Shown here piece after piece: positions 37,975-50,760 of a DNA stretch of 63,840 nt. The notes under the pieces were generated by a model. It had not been told where the DNA came from. It worked only from the letters and a program-made list of their open reading frames with translations, and did not search any database. Source of the DNA: Octopus bimaculoides. Its lineage: Eukaryota. The translations under genes and the position numbers were made by a program. Numbering within the stretch: the first letter of the stretch is position 1; every line of letters starts with the position of its first letter. The stretch is from assembly GCF_001194135.2 (NCBI RefSeq), contig NC_068992.1, positions 63,556,856 to 63,620,695 on the forward strand, in the 5' to 3' direction.

Positions 37975-38105
37975 AAACAGACGTATTAGTATAACGCTCG
38001 GGAAGTGAAAAAGTCTTTAACGTTTCGAGCCTACGCTCTTCCACAGAAAGGAATACGGAAAGAAACAAGGAGAGAAAAAAAGAATGTGTAGTGGCTAGCG
38101 ATCTG
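37975..38105 (-). mobile_element. Penelope-like terminal fragment (GAGC family) with hammerhead-like motif at 38014-38050
   Basis: Minus strand: cttt-CTGTGGA-A-GAGC-gtag-GCTC-GAAAC-GTT-aaag. Confidence 0.7.
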
Positions 38106-38130
38106 TATGTATGCATATATATTATATCTG

Positions 38131-38162
<32 letters not shown>

Positions 38163-38959
38163 NNNNNNNNNNNNNNNNNNNNNNNNNNNNNNNNNNNNNN
38201 NNNNNNNNNNNNNNNNNNNNNNNNNNNNNNNNNNNNNNNNNNNNNNNNNNNNNNNNNNNNNNNNNNNNNNNNNNNNNNNNNNNNNNNNNNNNNNNNNNNN
38301 NNNNNNNNNNNNNNNNNNNNNNNNNNNNNNNNNNNNNNNNNNNNNNNNNNNNNNNNNNNNNNNNNNNNNNNNNNNNNNNNNNNNNNNNNNNNNNNNNNNN
38401 NNNNNNNNNNNNNNNNNNNNNNNNNNNNNNNNNNNNNNNNNNNNNNNNNNNNNNNNNNNNNNNNNNNNNNNNNNNNNNNNNNNNNNNNNNNNNNNNNNNN
38501 NNNNNNNNNNNNNNNNNNNNNNNNNNNNNNNNNNNNNNNNNNNNNNNNNNNNNNNNNNNNNNNNNNNNNNNNNNNNNNNNNNNNNNNNNNNNNNNNNNNN
38601 NNNNNNNNNNNNNNNNNNNNNNNNNNNNNNNNNNNNNNNNNNNNNNNNNNNNNNNNNNNNNNNNNNNNNNNNNNNNNNNNNNNNNNNNNNNNNNNNNNNN
38701 NNNNNNNNNNNNNNNNNNNNNNNNNNNNNNNNNNNNNNNNNNNNNNNNNNNNNNNNNNNNNNNNNNNNNNNNNNNNNNNNNNNNNNNNNCAACTTACGTT
38801 GCTTTGAGTTACATCTTTTTCAAATTTACGTCATTTTTTTGTTGTTTTTTAAGAAATTAATAGAAAAATTAAACCGCGACTTGAGTTGATTTACCCGACT
38901 TTATGTCGGTCTCAGGGAACATTTTTAAAACATGAAAAAATTTTAAACACTTAAAAAAC

Positions 38960-39400
38960 AGTAGTTGTATGCTGTCAAACTTAATGTGACAGTCCTTTGA
39001 AGGGAATAATACTACTGTTGGTTAGTCCTAGGAAGCTGCACCACTTCCTGTCGGCCTTGACACATTTCCTGTGACCTTATGTTTACAAGGTGGAGACAAG
39101 CACCTCCACCCAGCTAAGCCTGCATCCAGAGACATGTTTCTGAGTCTTTTCTCGTCATCAGTTTGGAGTAGCATGACCTCCTAGTCGAAGATGCCTGTCA
39201 AGCTCTTGTAAACATATAATTCTAGTGAAATACATTCACTGATTTCAAATTTAGAAATAACACATTTCTAAATCTCTAACCAACAGTAGTGTTATTCCCT
39301 CCAGGGGACTGTCACAATAAGTTGACAGCATACAACTACTTCATCGTATCACTACTGCACAAATCTCTCAGAGAGATTTAGAAATGTATTATTTTTAAAC
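38960..39400 (-). mobile_element. Penelope-like terminal region with nested inverted repeats
   Basis: 38960-39025 and 39276-39340 are inverted (~90%); 39250-39277 and 39370-39397 are inverted. A hammerhead lies between the first pair. Confidence 0.7.
39125..39167 (-). ncRNA. Minimal type-I hammerhead ribozyme candidate with a canonical core
   Basis: Minus strand: tccaaa-CTGATGA-C-GAG-aaaaga-CTC-A-GAAAC-AT-GTC-tctgga. Stem I pairs 5 of 6, stem III is the palindrome ACATGT, and the cleavage site is GUC. Confidence 0.75.
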
Positions 39401-40099
39401 TTAAAAAACAATTCTGACGTGGGAAATCAAAGAAAATACATATGAAAATATATAACTATTATTTATTAAATCAGATGTATGCTAATTTTTTTAATGCTTT
39501 TTCATGTTAAGTTGTTTTTCGAGTTAGTTGTATGTCTTGGAACCAATTGGCAACGATGATGATGATGATGATGACGACCACGACGACCACGAAGAAGAAG
39601 AACAACAACAACAACAGCAACAAAGTGAAGACTTAGAATTCCGTATTTAATTTATCCACCCAGACAGGGGGTAAAAAGGGTACAGTTAGTCCTCAGCAGT
39701 ATTCGAACTCTCAATGGTGGGATTGAACGCCTAAAACGAATGCACAAAAATTTATCCTATTTTTCCTCTAAACAGTTCTGCCAATTCGCCAATAATTAAA
39801 AAAGAATAAATTAAAAGACACAACAACAACAACAACAACAAGAGCAACAACCTCTGCGAGTTATCAAAATATTAATTCTATTACTAAAACTATTTGAATC
39901 TGGAATTTATTTTGAATCATTAACAAAACCTAATTCAAATAAAATAAATAGTCTGAGATAATTAAACGGCGCATGAAGAAGATGATGGCTGCGGGCTCTT
40001 AGACCAATGCTCGCTAACAATGACAACCTTTATTATGGTTATCATTTTTGAGCTTTTCTTCTTGTAGCAGTTGTTGCTGTTGCTGTTGCTGTTGTTATT

Positions 40100-40259
40100 A
40101 TCATCATTATTTTTATTATTATCGTCATAAGAAAATATTATCGTGAACATTATTATTATTCTCCTCCTCCTCCTCCTCCTCCTCCTTCTTCTTCTTCTTC
40201 TTCTTCTTCTTCTTCCATTATCATATTATTATTGTTGTTGTTGTTGTTATTATTATCAA

Positions 40260-40314
<55 letters not shown>

Positions 40315-40360
40315 GTCATTGTTGTTGTTGTTGTTGTTGTTGTTATTATTATTATTATAT
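40100..40360. repeat. Compound trinucleotide microsatellite (ATT, CTC, CTT, GTT)
   Basis: Direct reading. Confidence 0.95.
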
Positions 40361-41348
40361 CTGCATCATCAGCAGCACCATCACAACCACCATCAAAAAG
40401 CATCCTCGTTACACATAACTGATAAACATAAACATGGTGTGCGGTTATCTATGTATGCATATGTGTGTAGACGTGTTTATGTGTCTATTTGCGTATGCAT
40501 GTATATATGTATATGTTTTTGCGTGCCCATGAGTGTATGTGTGTGTATTTGCATGTATGTATATGTATGCACGTTTGTGTATTTGTATGTATGTATGTAT
40601 GTATGTATGTATGTTTGTGTGTGTATTTGTATGTATATGTGTGTATATTTGTATGCATGTATATGTATGTATGTGTGTGTATTTGTATGTATGTACATAA
40701 AAAATCATCGGGTCCAGTAAAAAGGACGCTAAAAGACAGTATTTCTAAGGAAGATGTATTTCTGCTTTGTATATTATAGTCATTTATTGTTGTTGTTGTT
40801 GTTGTTGTTCTTGTTATTGTTATTGACGACAAGAGCGACAACGACGGCGGCAGCGGTGGCGGCAGCGGTGGCGGCAGCGGTGGCGGCAGCGGTGGCGGCA
40901 NNNNNNNNNNNNNNNNNNNNNNNNNNNNNNNNNNNNNNNNNNNNNNNNNNNNNNNNNNNNNNNNNNAGCGGCGGCGACGATGATGACCACTATGATGGTG
41001 ACGACGACGACGACGATGATGACGTCAATGATGATAATGTTGACAATGCCGATGATGATGACGACGACGACGACGATGATGATGATGGTGATGATGATGT
41101 TGATGATGAAGATGATGTTGACGACGACTGCGACAATGATAATGGTGATGATGATGACGACAGTAATGATGATGTTCTTACTGGTGTTTGCTGGAGGTAG
41201 TGGTGGGGCAGCGTTAAGAATAATAGACGTGTCGGGGTTTTGTGGTAGCTTTTTAAACCAAAATGGCGAATCAGAGATATATTACTTATGATAATATTTA
41301 CGTGTTGGTTATGTTCCTTGTAGTAAGCCGATTCCAGTTGTACAGTAT

Positions 41349-41397
41349 CCCACCCGCGAGGGATCGATACAAGCTGGGTCGAAACGATCGTTGTGAG
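41349..41397 (+). ncRNA. Degenerate hammerhead-like motif
   Basis: cccac-CCG(-)CGA-g-GATC...GGTC-GAAAC-GATC-GTT-gtgag. Stem III is the palindrome ACGATCGT; A6 is deleted. Confidence 0.55.
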
Positions 41398-42781
41398 CAA
41401 TAAGAGTTCCCGTGTATTTCATTTTCCGTCTCTATCATTTATTATATGCATATAGTAATGGTTCTTTTTTCTATTGTCCATTTGTGTCCTAATGCGTTTA
41501 TAGGAACATAGCATTCACACATACGCACGCACACACACACACGCACATACATACAGACACACATTTGTTCAAATACGTGTGTGTGTGTGTGTAACGGGAG
41601 TAGAGATTTAAAAATTCAAGCAGAACTCACGGTAAGCTCTCCATACCCTCTAAATCAGAAAGCTAGGTGACTGTATAATCTGATATGAGGGAGATTTTGC
41701 TCCAGTTTTTGTAGGACGGGCAACTTACAAGACACACTTCTATAGATCTGTAGCTGAACTCTCTAAGGCAGTGTGTCATTCTCTTCAACTTTATTGTGGT
41801 AATTTCTGTGATAAAGAAAAAAATTATGTCAAGCCCTATCGAACCTCTTGCCCTTCCATTGGGCAACATCGATAGAGCGGAGAGAAGTTTCATATAGAGA
41901 CAACTACGGATTTGTCAAGCCCTGTGCCCAGGATGAAACCAAATAGCGTAGCTTCACCGCGCCAGCACAGTGCAGGAAAACAGCTGCCAACCTGACTATC
42001 ATTCCCATGTCGGACTTTTCAGTCACAATTAACACTGACTGATCTACCAACACTGGCTGAATCAAGACTTTCTAAATACAGATTTAACGTAACAGCGTTA
42101 TTTTTAATATGTTAAAATGTGTTTTATAATGTTATGTCGTGTCGTTTCAGGAGTCCGTTTGGTTCACTGCTTCTTGGCGAGACATATGTGGATAACCGAA
42201 AAATCGAAATTACCATGGTTTGCTTGTTCAATATTTTAGTGCTCGATGTTTAGCATTTGCTTTTACAATGTTTAATACGTTAAAGTAGTGTTTTAAAATG
42301 AAGGGTTTTTAAAATGCATAGATCATAGACAGTTTCACACTACATAAGAATTATATGGCTCTCATACGCACTACCTAATTTCTAGCTAAAGTTATCATTT
42401 CTTCATATTCCAAATGTATGTTGCAAGGTTAGTGTTGAGTCCTCTGTGTAGACGTCCGAATGTGAAACTATGCTAGTAATATCGAAGTATGAGTTGATTT
42501 GTAGTTAATTCGACATAATCTGTGCTTTTCTGTTCGGATTACATTCGAATTGGACAAGCAGATAACTGTTGTTTTTTTGTTGATTTTTCTTTCTTTTTTT
42601 TTTTTTGTCTACTTTGCTTTTCGAGGAAGTTACTGTTCAACAGATATAAGTTTAATGCATGGCAATAATAATTAAAACTATTGTAATTTAGGCTCTGGTA
42701 ATCTAAACTTTTATCTTTACTATTATTAATAAACGATGCGCATTAACATAGTACGTTTCCTATGCATATACATTCATACAG

Positions 42782-42816
<35 letters not shown>

Positions 42817-42826
42817 NNNNNNNNNN

Positions 42827-42861
<35 letters not shown>

Positions 42862-42964
42862 TGATAATTAGGAGCTTGTGATGTTTGTATTAATACATAG
42901 ACGTGTATATATATACATGCACACAGACACACAGATATATATATATTCACATGCACACACACAA

Positions 42965-43019
<55 letters not shown>

Positions 43020-43477
43020 AATATACGTAGGTATGTATTATGTAAGCGCATGTGCAAAACATAGGCACAGTTTCCCTTTAACTGTCGGTCAACCGACAGT
43101 TAAGGTTGATTATCCTTACCTAAAGTATCACGCAATAAGATCAAACTCAAACACGAACCCGTACTCTCTTGTCTAAGCAAACTTAATTAGCCACACGGAG
43201 AAGGGCTACAAATGCGACTCATTTGGGAGGAAAAAAATGGCTTCAACCGAAGATTGAAATCACGTCATTATACTTTTGAAAGTCTCTTGTTCTTCTGTGT
43301 GACTACTCGAGTGCAATGTGGCCATGTTTATTGTAATTTTCTGGTCAAACTATTTTCTATTAAAATCTTCAACAAAAACATCACTTGAAGATACATACGT
43401 TCTTGATGCGATTGTTATTTGGGAATTTCGTTGACAAATTATATACAGACGTCACATTTGTGTGCATTTGTGTCTGC

Positions 43478-43539
<62 letters not shown>

Positions 43540-43937
43540 TGTGTGTGTGTGCGAGTACGGATGTATGTATGTATGAGTGTATATATATATTATATATATA
43601 TATACACGTTTATGTTTACAAATTGAAGGACACTATATATGTGGGTGTATGTAACTATGAACGTTCATATATATATATATATATATGTATATAATGAATG
43701 TATGTGTAAGTTGTATACATGTGCACACACAAACACACACAATATAATTAATGTATATATATATATGCATATACAAAGACATACACACACACACACACAC
43801 ACATACACACACACACACACACACATATCCATGTTTATGTATGTGTTGTTATTTCAATTAATTTATCAGAGAAGCACACTAAATCCATCTCATAGCAGAA
43901 CTACACTATTGATAGAACCTTGTGATGCGGTTTTGTG

Positions 43938-43989
<52 letters not shown>

Positions 43990-44116
43990 CAGCAGCAGCA
44001 TTGTTATCATCATCATCACCATCATCATAATCATCATCATCATCATCAACGCCACCATCGTCATCGTCGTCGTCGTCGTCATCATCATCATCATCATCAT
44101 CATCATAATCATAATC

Positions 44117-44164
<48 letters not shown>

Positions 44165-45186
44165 GGAACTATCGGCGCTGTTAATCACACATTTGTTTCA
44201 ATCTGTTCTTGTCCTTGGATTNNNNNNNNNNNNNNNNNNNNNNNNNNNNNNNNNNNNNNNNNNNNNNNNNNNNNNNNNNNNNNNNNNNNNNNNNNNNNNN
44301 NNNNNNNNNNNNNNNNNNNNNNNNNNNNNNNNNNNNNNNNNNNNNNNNNNNNNNNNNNNNNNNNNNNNNNNNNNNNNNNNNNNNNNNNNNNNNNNNNNNN
44401 NNNNNNNNNNNNNNNNNNNNNNNNNNNNNNNNNNNNNNNNNNNNNNNNNNNNNNNNNNNNNNNNNNNNNNNNNNNNNNNNNNNNNNNNNNNNNNNNNNNN
44501 NNNNNNNNNNNNNNNNNNNNNNNNNNNNNNNNNNNNNNNNNNNNNNNNNNNNNNNNNNNNNNNNNNNNNNNNNNNNNNNNNNNNNNNNNNNNNNNNNNNN
44601 NNNNNNNNNNNNNNNNNNNNNNNNNNNNNNNNNNNNNNNNNNNNNNNNNNNNNNNNNNNNNNNNNNNNNNNNNNNNNNNNNNNNNNNNNNNNNNNNNNNN
44701 NNNNNNNNNNNNNNNNNNNNNNNNNNNNNNNNNNNNNNNNNNNNNNNNNNNNNNNNNNNNNNNNNNNNNNNNNNNNNNNNNNNNNNNNNNNNNNNNNNNN
44801 NNNNNNNNNNNNNNNNNNNNNNNNNNNNNNNNNNNNNNNNNNNNNNNNNNNNNNNNNNNNNNNNNNNNNNNNNNNNNNNNNNNNNNNNNNNNNNNNNNNN
44901 NNNNNNNNNNNNNNNNNNNNNNNNNNNNNNNNNNNNNNNNNNNNNNNNNNNNNNNATTTTCTATTTCATTTGAAATTACTCTTATTCGTGGTTTGGGCTT
45001 TAGATGCCCTCTCTAGCAGGTAAGGTGTCTTGTTAAAAAGGTCACCTCTTTTGTGTATAAATACGTAACTGCTAAGATGCAACATCATACATTGTACGCA
45101 AACATTGCCTCTAAGCAAATATACATACACGTACACACACACTTGCCCATGCGCGCACTCTCTCTCCCTCTCTCTCCCCTCTCTCT

Positions 45187-45222
<36 letters not shown>

Positions 45223-45494
45223 TCTATCTATCTATTTATCTCACGCAAATTCACGCACACACAGATAATAGGATTCAGTTGAACTGGTATGTCTAATTTG
45301 CACAACATTGCAATACGCTATCAGCTCAGATGACTTAATTCGTTGATGGTGCACCCACAGAGAATTATTTCAAACGCAAGGTATAACTTTTCTGAAGAAA
45401 CCTTATCATCATCATCATCATCATCATTATCATCATCATCAACATCATTATCATCATCATCATCATCATCATCATTTGATTGTTTCATACAAGT

Positions 45495-45541
<47 letters not shown>

Positions 45542-45928
45542 TCATTGAGTAACAAAAGTTTGTTGTATGTATCATAAGTTGAAATAACAAAAAACAATCA
45601 ACTATAATCATATATGTGTGTTTGTGCGCGTGTCTGTGTGTGCGCGTGTGTGTGTGTATGATTGCGCGCGCATAAAAAGTTCCTACGCGCCTCAAGTGCA
45701 TTATTACCTTTTATAAATGTGTAAATGCATTTTACATGTATTTGATACATAGTTTTCTTTAATATATGTGTGCGTGTACATACGAATGTGCATGCGTGGA
45801 TGGACGAATAAACATCTAACAATATTATATATATATATACATATGTATACACAGATACACTAATATATATATATATATATATACATATGTATATAGAGAT
45901 ACAATAATTTATATATAAATGCACTAAT

Positions 45929-45968
<40 letters not shown>

Positions 45969-46156
45969 TGCAATACATACATATATACACGCATATATAT
46001 GTACATACTTGTATAACTGTGAGTGTGCATGCGTGGATGCACGTATAAACAACTAACAATATTACGTAAAAACACGTATGTATATAGATATACATTAATA
46101 TATATATATATATATGCACTAATTCATATATATGTATATAAATATATATTCATGTT

Positions 46157-46250
<94 letters not shown>

Positions 46251-47575
46251 ATATATATGTATATACACACATACATGCATTACATTATGCATGGATGCAT
46301 ATTTGATTCATACATACATACATACATACATACACACATACACACATACATACATACAAACAAACATACATACATACATACATACAAACAAACATACATA
46401 CATACATACATACATACAGGCCTGCTTGCACCAATAAATACAATAGCTATGTCATTTGTTCGAAAAAGCTGACGCAAGAAGAACCAAAGTTGTAAGTACC
46501 AGCTCTCTATAATTGTAACACTAATGATGGTTTGTGCTATTGTTGTTATTATTATTGTTGATGTTGTTGTTGCTTTTCTGATTTATCATTTCGAGTTATC
46601 TTTATTTATCTACTTATTTAACTGTTTATTTCCCGAGATTTTCCATGCATGTTGCATTATTTTGTGGATGTTTCGTTTAAAGGTGTTTCAGGAAAGAGCC
46701 TTAATTGGTGCGTTCCAAGATACAAAAAGTAAAAAAAACCATAGTGGCAGATATCTACGAGAAGATTGTTATGCATGTTGTCTTATATTCTTCATACAAG
46801 TACATATGCTTTTATNNNNNNNNNNNNNNNNNNNNNNNNNNNNNNNNNNNNNNNNNNNNNNNNNNNNNNNNNNNNNNNNNNNNNNNNNNNNNNNNNNNNN
46901 NNNNNNNNNNNNNNNNNNNNNNNNNNNNNNNNNNNNNNNNNNNNNNNNNNNNNNNNNNNNNNNNNNNNNNNNNNNNNNNNNNNNNNNNNNNNNNNNNNNN
47001 NNNNNNNNNNNNNNNNNNNNNNNNNNNNNNNNNNNNNNNNNNNNNNNNNNNNNNNNNNNNNNNNNNNNNNNNNNNNNNNNNNNNNNNNNNNNNNNNNNNN
47101 NNNNNNNNNNNNNNNNNNNNNNNNNNNNNNNNNNNNNNNNNNNNNNNNATATATATACCTATATATATACATACACATATATATATATATGATAGTGTGA
47201 AACACTTAACCATACGCAAGTCACAATATTTTAAAATACCCCAATGATGCATTTTTTTTACCCAATTCTTAAATGTTATATTAATACACCTCAGCCCAAA
47301 ATTTACAGTGTGTAGTTAGAACACACGTTCAACTATAAATCTAATAATTAAAGATGCAATGTAATATTAGCTGTAAGGTTATTAACCTGCTCAAAAGTGC
47401 AGAAAAATAAAGCACTCCATAACTTTACTCAGTTCGATATTATAGAATTATTGTTGTATTTCGGGATGGCCAATTTATTTATTTATTTTGTCAAATAAAC
47501 ACACGCACTATATATATATTTTTTCTTCACTCGTTAATTACTGTTCTTATTTTACTATTTTAACTCATGTTCGTT

Positions 47576-47620
47576 GTCCGGAAATCTTTCGTCACACATC
47601 TGTGGCCTCTTCAGCGATAC
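47576..47620 (-). ncRNA. Hammerhead-like motif with a canonical CUGAAGA core
   Basis: Minus strand: gtatcg-CTGAAGA-GGCCAC-agat-GTGTGAC-GAAA-GAT-TTC-cggac. Stems are imperfect and the cleavage triplet is UUC. Confidence 0.6.
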
Positions 47621-48379
47621 TTTTCGGTTTCGTGTGTGTTCTTGCTCCCCTTCGTGTGTGCTCTTGCTCCATTCCCATATTATAGAATATTAACCTTGAA
47701 TCTAGAATTAGGTAAAAACTTTCCCCTTTGCAAGTGAGACTGATCTTTCTCTTCTTTCTTCTTCTTCTTTTTTTTTGTTGTTGTTCCGTGTTGAAATCTA
47801 CGGAATATTCTTTGGTAATATTCTTCGTGTTTTTTCCCCCTATTTAATCCCCGCTGCTTATTCCTCGTTCAAACTGTTTTTCTTTTTCTGTAGGAAGTGA
47901 CGTTAGGAGTCACCCTTCATGTCTTTTCCTTCTGTGCAACGTTGCCGATTCTGAGAGGGAGGGAAAAGAGAGAGAGAAAGAGAATGCGCCTCAGTATTCA
48001 AGTAAGTTAGTATTTGAGCAAACTTACGATGGTAATTAGTCCATCCTTGACTATATCATCACCATTCGTCCAGGAATAGACATAGTCTACGGAGTATGAT
48101 TTGAGGGATCTTTGGTTGCTATTCTTAGCAAACCTTGAGACCGCACATAGATTTCCCTACTGGTATTGACTGCGCCACTTATACTTGAATTATATCTTCT
48201 TCTTCAGCGTGAGCTTCTCTTTTTGTCGGAAATGACATTTCTTAAAACGCGCATTGATAGAGCCATCCGCAAAATCAACCTTTTCAGAGACGTCAGAATA
48301 CATCCCAACCCCCATGAAAAAAATGTATTAAATGTGTTATCCAATTTAAATTTTTGCAACATTTTGGATTAGTTTTTTG

Positions 48380-48466
<87 letters not shown>

Positions 48467-48763
48467 ATGCTTGTTCTTAATTTGAACTTTTACAGCCAAT
48501 TCCGCAGTATTGAATTACAAGGGAAAATTTTGTCATATAAGCTAGTTTCTCGTGTTGAAATTATAAATTATCACCGTGTCTCGAAATCTTTCTCAAAGGA
48601 AATTTGATAATGTTTCAACATTTTGTGTTTCCTCTCTCTTTTTCGTTCTATCTCTCTCTTTCTCTGTCTGTCTGTCTGTATCTCTCTCTATCTTTCTCTC
48701 TCTTTCTTTCTCTCTTTCTCTCTCACTCTCTTTCGTTATATATATATGCATATAGATATAGAC

Positions 48764-48840
<77 letters not shown>

Positions 48841-48965
48841 TAGATAGAAAGGCTGAAAACAAAAGAAAGAAAGATAGAAAGAAAGAAAGAAATAAAGAAA
48901 GAAATGTCTGACCGGTTGGCGGACAAAGAGACATTGGTATATGCGTATTTATATGTATGTGCATG

Positions 48966-49020
<55 letters not shown>

Positions 49021-49774
49021 GGCTGTCTTTCTGTATTCTATACGCTCAAAGACAGAAACTTATATTCAGCCGCACTTTTTATCGAGTAAACTAATTTGAG
49101 ATGAAATAACTGTAAAAATATTACTTTTATTTATATTTATGAATAAATTAGTCTGCATTGAAATCAATTTAAAAACAAATGACATTGCATATATGCGTGT
49201 ATATTAATGAATGTGTGTATGCTTGTATGTGTATGTGTATCTATGTATGCATGTACGCATGTATGTATGTGTGTGTATTTATGTGTGTGTGAGTATATAT
49301 ATACGCAAAGATCGAACGGTATTATCTTGGAATTTCCTTCTCTTAGGCAGATGTCAAAGCAAAGGCTAGTTTTCTGTCACTCCCAGCAGTTGGATGGCCG
49401 TTTATTCTACTTGGTTCATCGGTCCTTTGAACGGTTTGCTTTTTCGCCCCGCAAACTATCCAATAAAAGCTACCTCCCACACGAACCAGGGTTGGCTGGG
49501 TAACTAGTTTAGTTGCCGATGCTCGACCTTGCTACGAGTTGTACTGGATTACATGTCACAAGTAACACTTAATGTAACTTCACCTGGCGTACATATACAC
49601 ACATACTTTCATGTATACATACTTATATATGACGTTATTCAGTTTTATATATGTATGCATGTATGTATGTACGTATGTATGTGTATGTATGTATGCATGT
49701 ATGCATGCATGTATGTATGTATGTATGTATGTAGGAGAATATACGAAAAAACAACAACAGACGAGGACAGGTGG

Positions 49775-49940
49775 TGTAAATAACAAAAGGATGTATTAGT
49801 ATGACGCTCGGGAATACGGAAAGTCCTTGACGTTTCGAGCTACGCTCTTCAACAGAAAGAATACGGAGACAAGGAGAAAAACACGGAGAAAAAAAATTGA
49901 ATAGTGTCCAGTCAACGGTCAATCATAATAATGGCTGATC
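49775..49940 (-). mobile_element. Penelope-like terminal fragment (GAGC family) with hammerhead-like motif at 49824-49860
   Basis: Minus strand: tcttt-CTGTTGA-A-GAGC-gta-GCTC-GAAAC-GTC-aagga. Confidence 0.75.
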
Positions 49941-50495
49941 GTATGGCATTATCCAGCTTTATTTCAAGATTTCTTGCCAATGGAGAAAGAGCCGGTTTCT
50001 AACCTAGATCCAAGGTTCCTTCATTGGAATTCCAGCATCAACAGCAGCAGTTGTTGGCTAGGTACACCATTCCCCAAGTTTGACAGCCACCGTGTTCCCC
50101 AGATCTCGTCNNNNNNNNNNNNNNNNNNNNNNNNNNNNNNNNNNNNNNNNNNNNNNNNNNNNNNNNNNNNNNNNNNNNNNNNNNNNNNNNNNNNNNNNNN
50201 NNNNNNNNNNNNNNNNNNNNNNNNNNNNNNNNNNNNNNNNNNNNNNNNNNNNNNNNNNNNNNNNNNNNNNNNNNNNNNNNNNNNNNNNNNNNNNNNNNNN
50301 NNNNNNNNNNNNNNNNNNNNNNNNNNNNNNNNNNNNNNNNNNNNNNNNNNNNNNNNNNNNNNNNNNNNNNNNNNNNNNNNNNNNNNNNNNNNNNNNNNNN
50401 NNNNNNNNNNNNNNNNNNNNNNNNNNNNNNNNNNNNNNNNNNNNNNNNNNNNNNNNNNNNNNNNNNNNNNNNNNNNNNNNNNNNNNNNNNNNNNN

Positions 50496-50530
<35 letters not shown>

Positions 50531-50719
50531 TATATACATATGTATCTGCAAGTGCGGAAATAAATATAGATATGTGTGTGTGTACACACACACACACACA
50601 CACATACGCATCTATATAAGTATGTATGTATGTATACACACACACACATACATACACGTACACGCTGTTATGAATGGAACTTTTTAAACGGATACGAAAC
50701 GAATATGCAGCATGTGTGT

Positions 50720-50760
<41 letters not shown>

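Noticed and set aside
43922-44165. Poly-Ser/Ile/Asp/Asn ORFs (also 19293-19691, 40143-40418, 48377-48607, 58190-58457)
   Set aside because: They are compound trinucleotide microsatellites that are open in several frames.
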